A stretch of 64,000 nt of DNA, taken from the NCBI RefSeq assembly GCF_011045215.1, contig NZ_CP049201.1. One strand, given 5' to 3'. The stretch is from Escherichia coli. GTDB lineage: Bacteria > Pseudomonadota > Gammaproteobacteria > Enterobacterales > Enterobacteriaceae. This document shows, piece after piece, positions 54,086 to 64,000 of the stretch. The notes beneath the pieces are model-generated. The model searched no databases. It saw only the letters and a list, made by a program, of their open reading frames with translations, and was not told the DNA's origin. Both the position numbers and the translations under genes were made by a program. Within the stretch, counting starts at the first letter, position 1; the number at the start of each line of letters is the position of its first letter.

Positions 54086-55492
54086 ATGTCAAAGCAACAG
54101 ATTGGCGTCGTCGGTATGGCAGTGATGGGGCGCAACCTTGCGCTCAACATCGAAAGCCGTGGTTATACCGTCTCTATTTTCAACCGTTCCCGTGAGAAGA
54201 CGGAAGAAGTGATTGCCGAAAATCCAGGCAAGAAATTGGTTCCTTACTTTACGGTAAAAGAGTTTGTTGAATCTCTGGAAACGCCTCGTCGCATCCTGTT
54301 AATGGTGAAAGCAGGTGCAGGCACGGATGCTGCTATTGATTCTCTCAAGCCATACCTCGATAAAGGTGACATCATCATTGATGGTGGTAACACCTTCTTC
54401 CAGGACACCATTCGTCGTAACCGTGAGCTGTCTGCAGAAGGTTTTAACTTTATCGGTACTGGTGTTTCCGGTGGTGAAGAAGGTGCACTGAAAGGACCTT
54501 CCATCATGCCTGGTGGCCAGAAAGAAGCCTATGAACTGGTTGCACCGATCCTGACCAAAATCGCCGCAGTGGCTGAAGATGGGGAGCCATGTGTTACCTA
54601 TATTGGTGCCGATGGTGCTGGTCACTATGTGAAGATGGTTCACAACGGTATTGAATACGGAGATATGCAACTGATTGCTGAAGCCTATTCTCTGCTAAAA
54701 GGTGGCCTGAACCTCACCAACGAAGAACTGGCGCAGACCTTTACCGAGTGGAATAACGGTGAACTGAGCAGCTACCTGATCGACATCACCAAAGATATCT
54801 TCACCAAAAAAGATGAAGACGGTAACTACCTGGTTGATGTGATTCTGGATGAAGCTGCAAACAAAGGTACGGGTAAATGGACCAGCCAGAGTGCGCTGGA
54901 TCTCGGCGAACCGCTGTCGCTGATTACCGAGTCTGTGTTTGCACGTTATATCTCTTCTCTGAAAGATCAGCGCGTTGCCGCATCTAAAGTTCTCTCTGGC
55001 CCGCAAGCGCAGCCAGCAGGCGACAAAGGTGAGTTCATCGAAAAAGTTCGCCGTGCGTTGTATCTGGGCAAAATCGTTTCTTACGCCCAGGGCTTCTCTC
55101 AGCTGCGTGCGGCGTCTGAAGAGTACAACTGGGATCTGAACTACGGCGAAATCGCGAAGATTTTCCGTGCTGGCTGCATCATCCGTGCGCAGTTCCTGCA
55201 GAAAATCACCGATGCTTATACCGAAAATCCGCAGATCGCTAACTTGCTGTTGGCTCCATACTTCAAGCAAATTGCCGATGACTATCAGCAGGCGCTGCGT
55301 GATGTTGTTGCTTATGCAGTACAGAACGGTATCCCGGTTCCCACCTTCGCCGCTGCGGTTGCCTATTATGACAGCTACCGTGCCGCTGTTCTGCCTGCGA
55401 ACCTGATCCAGGCACAGCGTGACTATTTCGGTGCACATACTTATAAGCGCATTGATAAAGAAGGTGTGTTCCATACTGAATGGCTGGATTAA
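54086..55492 (+). CDS. gnd: 6-phosphogluconate dehydrogenase (decarboxylating)
   Basis: 468 aa; [15 protein letters not shown] Rossmann motif; matches Gnd. Confidence 0.96.
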   Translation: MSKQQIGVVGMAVMGRNLALNIESRGYTVSIFNRSREKTEEVIAENPGKKLVPYFTVKEFVESLETPRRILLMVKAGAGTDAAIDSLKPYLDKGDIIIDGGNTFFQDTIRRNRELSAEGFNFIGTGVSGGEEGALKGPSIMPGGQKEAYELVAPILTKIAAVAEDGEPCVTYIGADGAGHYVKMVHNGIEYGDMQLIAEAYSLLKGGLNLTNEELAQTFTEWNNGELSSYLIDITKDIFTKKDEDGNYLVDVILDEAANKGTGKWTSQSALDLGEPLSLITESVFARYISSLKDQRVAASKVLSGPQAQPAGDKGEFIEKVRRALYLGKIVSYAQGFSQLRAASEEYNWDLNYGEIAKIFRAGCIIRAQFLQKITDAYTENPQIANLLLAPYFKQIADDYQQALRDVVAYAVQNGIPVPTFAAAVAYYDSYRAAVLPANLIQAQRDYFGAHTYKRIDKEGVFHTEWLD

Positions 55493-55517
55493 TCTTATTT
55501 AACTAACAATAAATTGA

Positions 55518-55549
55518 GGCCTGGCGTATATTGCGCCGGGCTTTTTTTT
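55518..55549 (+). terminator. Rho-independent terminator downstream of gnd
   Basis: GC-rich hairpin ggcctggcg...cgccgggc followed by an 8-T run. Confidence 0.8.
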
Positions 55550-55730
55550 GCCAATTATCTTATAGACTAAATTTCACTGCTTAATATTAACTTAATAAAT
55601 ATCAGCTATTCTTATAAAGAAAATCTGAATTGTTTTTCGTTGCGTTGACCATCTGACAACGTAGCGTTAAAACTTTTAGCTCTTATCAGGATGCTAAAAA
55701 CATCATGATTCACAGTTAAGTTAATTCTGA

Positions 55731-56906
<1,176 letters not shown>

Positions 56907-56916
56907 CATCATGTTA

Positions 56917-56945
56917 TCAGGGCGATTTTCGCCCTGATTCTCTTA
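56917..56945 (+). terminator. Terminator-like hairpin downstream of ugd
   Basis: Perfect inverted repeat tcagggcga-ttt-tcgccctga followed by T-rich sequence. Confidence 0.6.
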
Positions 56946-57049
56946 TGTTCCCTTTGTAATAATTCATTTTTTTTATCATTTATCCTATAGCATTCATGGC
57001 GATTATCGCTAAACTATGGCGACTTAAAATTATTTCGTCCGTTAGGGTA

Positions 57050-58030
57050 ATGATGAGAGTAGAAAATAATAATGTTTCTGGGCAAAACCATGACCCGGAA
57101 CAGATTGATTTGATTGATTTACTGGTGCAGTTGTGGCGTGGCAAGATGACAATTATCATCTCTGTCATTGTGGCTATTGCCCTGGCTATAGGGTATCTGG
57201 CCGTTGCCAAAGAAAAGTGGACTTCCACAGCTATCGTTACTCAACCTGATGTGGGGCAAATCGCTGGTTATAACAATGCCATAAATGTGATTTATGGTTC
57301 GGCAGCGCCGAAAGTGTCTGAGATCCAGTCGATGTTAATTGGTCGTTTCAGCACGACATTTTCTGCATTAGCAGAAACGCTGGATAATCAGGAAGAACCT
57401 GAAAAACTGACCATTGAGCCTACCGTTAAAAATCAGTCATTACCTTTAGCGGTTTCTTATGTGGGTGAAACACCTGAAGGTGCGCAGAAACAGCTGGCGA
57501 AGTATATCCAGCAAGTTGACGACCAGGTAAATGAAGAACTGGAACAAGACCTGAAAGACAACATCGCGCTGCAAATGAAAAACTTGCAGGATTCTCTGAA
57601 GACCCAGGAAGTGGTTGCGCAGGAGCAGAAAGATCTGCGTATCCGTCAGATTCAGGAAGCGTTGCAGTATGCGAATCAGGCGCAGGTGACAAAGCCGCAG
57701 ATTCAGCAGACACAGGACGTAACCCAAGATACTATGTTCCTTTTGGGGAGCGAAGCGCTGGAGTCGATGATTAAGCACGAGGCGACTCGTCCGTTGGTGT
57801 TCTCATCAAACTACTATCAGACTCGTCAAAACCTGCTGGATATCGACAATCTTGACGTTGATAAACTTGATATTCATGCTTACCGCTATGTAATGAAACC
57901 GACGTTACCTATTCGTCGCGATAGCCCGAAAAAGGCAATTACCTTGATTCTGGCGGTGCTGCTGGGCGGCATGGTTGGCGCGGGGATTGTGCTGGGGCGT
58001 AACGCTCTGCGTAATTACAACGCGAAGTAA
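57050..58030 (+). CDS. wzzB: O-antigen chain-length determinant Wzz (polysaccharide co-polymerase)
   Basis: Track ORF 56996..58030; start set at ATG 57050 (MMRVENNNVSGQNHDPEQIDLIDL) after taggg RBS; two TM segments flanking a coiled-coil periplasmic region. Confidence 0.9.
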   Translation: MMRVENNNVSGQNHDPEQIDLIDLLVQLWRGKMTIIISVIVAIALAIGYLAVAKEKWTSTAIVTQPDVGQIAGYNNAINVIYGSAAPKVSEIQSMLIGRFSTTFSALAETLDNQEEPEKLTIEPTVKNQSLPLAVSYVGETPEGAQKQLAKYIQQVDDQVNEELEQDLKDNIALQMKNLQDSLKTQEVVAQEQKDLRIRQIQEALQYANQAQVTKPQIQQTQDVTQDTMFLLGSEALESMIKHEATRPLVFSSNYYQTRQNLLDIDNLDVDKLDIHAYRYVMKPTLPIRRDSPKKAITLILAVLLGGMVGAGIVLGRNALRNYNAK

Positions 58031-58052
58031 TCTTTTCGGTTTTAAAGAAAAA

Positions 58053-58085
58053 GGGCAGGGTGGTGACACCTTGCCCGTTTTTTTT
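58053..58085. terminator. Bidirectional rho-independent terminator between convergent wzz and hisI
   Basis: Hairpin gggcagggtggtgacaccttgccc flanked by T8 on the plus strand and by a T-rich tract on the minus-strand reading. Confidence 0.7.
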
Positions 58086-58126
58086 GCCGGATGCGATGTT
58101 GTTGTCGCATCCGCTTACCCCGCAAC

Positions 58127-58731
58127 TCACTGATGCCGTTTGCGCAGGTTCTCAATCACCGTTGTTAAATCCAGATCCTGATCCTGCAACAGCACCAACA
58201 GGTGATACACCAAGTCAGATGCCTCATTCTTCAGCTCAAAGCGGTCATGTACTGTCGCTGCCAGTGCGGTTTCCACGCCTTCTTCGCCCACTTTCTGCGC
58301 AATGCGTTTGGTGCCGCTGGCATACAGTTTGGCGGTATAGGAGGTTTCCGGATCGGCAGATTTACGTTCGGCGAGCAATTGTTCCAGTTGATACAGGAAC
58401 AGCCACTGGTGAGCGGTATCGCCGAAGCAGCTGCTGGTGCCTTTGTGGCAGGTTGGTCCGATAGGATTCGCCAGTACCAGTAGCGTGTCGTTGTCGCAGT
58501 CCGGCGCAATATTTACTACGTTGAGGAAATTGCCCGACGTTTCGCCTTTGGTCCACAGTCGCTGTTTAGTGCGCGAGAAGAAGGTGACTTTGCCGCTTTC
58601 GATGGTTTTGTCTAAGGCTTCCGGGTTCATATAGCCCAGCATTAACACTTCGCCGGATACCGCGTGTTGCACAATCACCGGCATAAGTCCGTCGGTTTTT
58701 TCCCAGTCCAGTTCGCGACGTTGTTGTTCTG

Positions 58732-58738
<7 letters not shown>
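58127..58738 (-). CDS. hisI: Bifunctional phosphoribosyl-AMP cyclohydrolase / phosphoribosyl-ATP pyrophosphatase
   Basis: 203 aa, matches HisIE. Confidence 0.95.
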
Positions 58739-60816
<2,078 letters not shown>

Positions 60817-60817
<1 letters not shown>

Positions 60818-61883
60818 TACAGCACTCCTTTCGACGAGGGCAGGGTATCGCCTTCCACGCGGATGGCCTGGCGCAGGGTGCGACCAAAAGCTTTGAACAG
60901 GCTCTCTACACGGTGGTGATCGTTTTTACCTTTGGTTTTCAGGTGCAGGGTCACGCCCATGGTGTATGAGAGCGAACGGAAGAAGTGCTCGATCATTTCG
61001 GTGCTGAGATCGCCCACGCGCTGGTAGGTAAATTCGGCTTTATATTCCAGGTGCGGGCGACCAGAGATATCCAGTGCACAGCGGGCAAGGCATTCATCCA
61101 TTGGCAGCACAAAACCGAAGCGGCAAATACCGCGTTTGTCTCCGAGGGCGATTTTTAGCGCTTCGCCCAGCGCCAGACCGGTATCTTCGACGGTGTGGTG
61201 ATCGTCGATATAGAGGTCGCCTTTGACGTTGATTTCCATGCGGAAACCGCCGTGGGTGGCGATCTGATCCAGCATGTGATCAAAGAAGCCAACGCCGGTA
61301 TTAATCTTGCTGCCACCTTCGCGATCCAGCCACACCTGGACGTCAATTTGCGTCTCTTTGGTGTTACGCACTACATGGGCGTAACGGTCTCGTTTAGTGA
61401 GTTGCTCGCCAATCATCGGCCAGTTCAGGGTTTCGCGGTCGTAGCGTAAACCATTAATGCCCATGTTTTCCGCCAGTTGAATGTCGGTCGCGCGATCGCC
61501 AATCACATAACTGTTAGCGCGATCCATCGCTTGCTCAGCCAGATAACGTTCCACCAGTTTTACTTTCGGCTTACGGCAGTCGCACTCATCGGCGGGCAGG
61601 TGCGGACAAATCAGCACTTCATCAAATTGTACGCCTTGCGAGGTGAAGATCTGCATCATCAGGTTGTGCGGGCCATCGAAATCCGCCTGCGGGAAACTTT
61701 GTGTTCCCAGACCATCCTGATTAGTGATCATCACCAGCTTGTAGCCCGCTTTTTGCAGCTTTAGTAGCTCCGGGATCACGCCCGGTTCAAAGGCGAGTTT
61801 GTCAAAACGGTCCACCTGAAAATCACTCGGCGGTTCGCTAATCAGGGTTCCATCGCGATCGATAAAAAGATACTTCTGACTCA

Positions 61884-61884
<1 letters not shown>
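60817..61884 (-). CDS. hisB: Bifunctional histidinol-phosphatase / imidazoleglycerol-phosphate dehydratase
   Basis: 355 aa, matches HisB. Confidence 0.96.

Positions 61885-64000
<2,116 letters not shown>

Overview
This window reads as an Escherichia coli chromosomal segment (orientation reversed relative to K-12) and is mostly well-characterised core genome; I found no CRISPR array, integrase, transposase or phage gene. Order: mdtB (5' part) and mdtA; three tandem ~328-bp Ibs/Sib type I toxin-antitoxin units; yegL-yegK, yegJ, yegI, yegD; alkA; dgcE (yegE); udk; dcd; asmA; yegH; the complete colanic acid cluster wza-wzb-wzc-wcaABCDEF-gmd-fcl-gmm-wcaI-cpsB-cpsG-wcaJ-wzxC-wcaKLM; gne; galF; an AT-rich non-K-12 O-antigen cluster; gnd; ugd; wzz; and hisI-F-A-H-B-C-D (hisD partial). 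The least understood part, and my best candidate for an under-described system, is the yegL/yegK/yegI module (vWA, PP2C-like phosphatase, Hanks-like kinase) with its neighbours yegJ and Hsp70-like yegD, next to the toxin-antitoxin repeats. The O-antigen cluster is also notable: it carries teichoic-acid-like CDP-glycerol genes (tagD-like, tagF-like) alongside wzx, wzy and four glycosyltransferases. Gene names are recognised from memory of E. coli protein sequences and synteny; no database search was run, and several ORF-track starts were corrected where the longest ORF over-extends.
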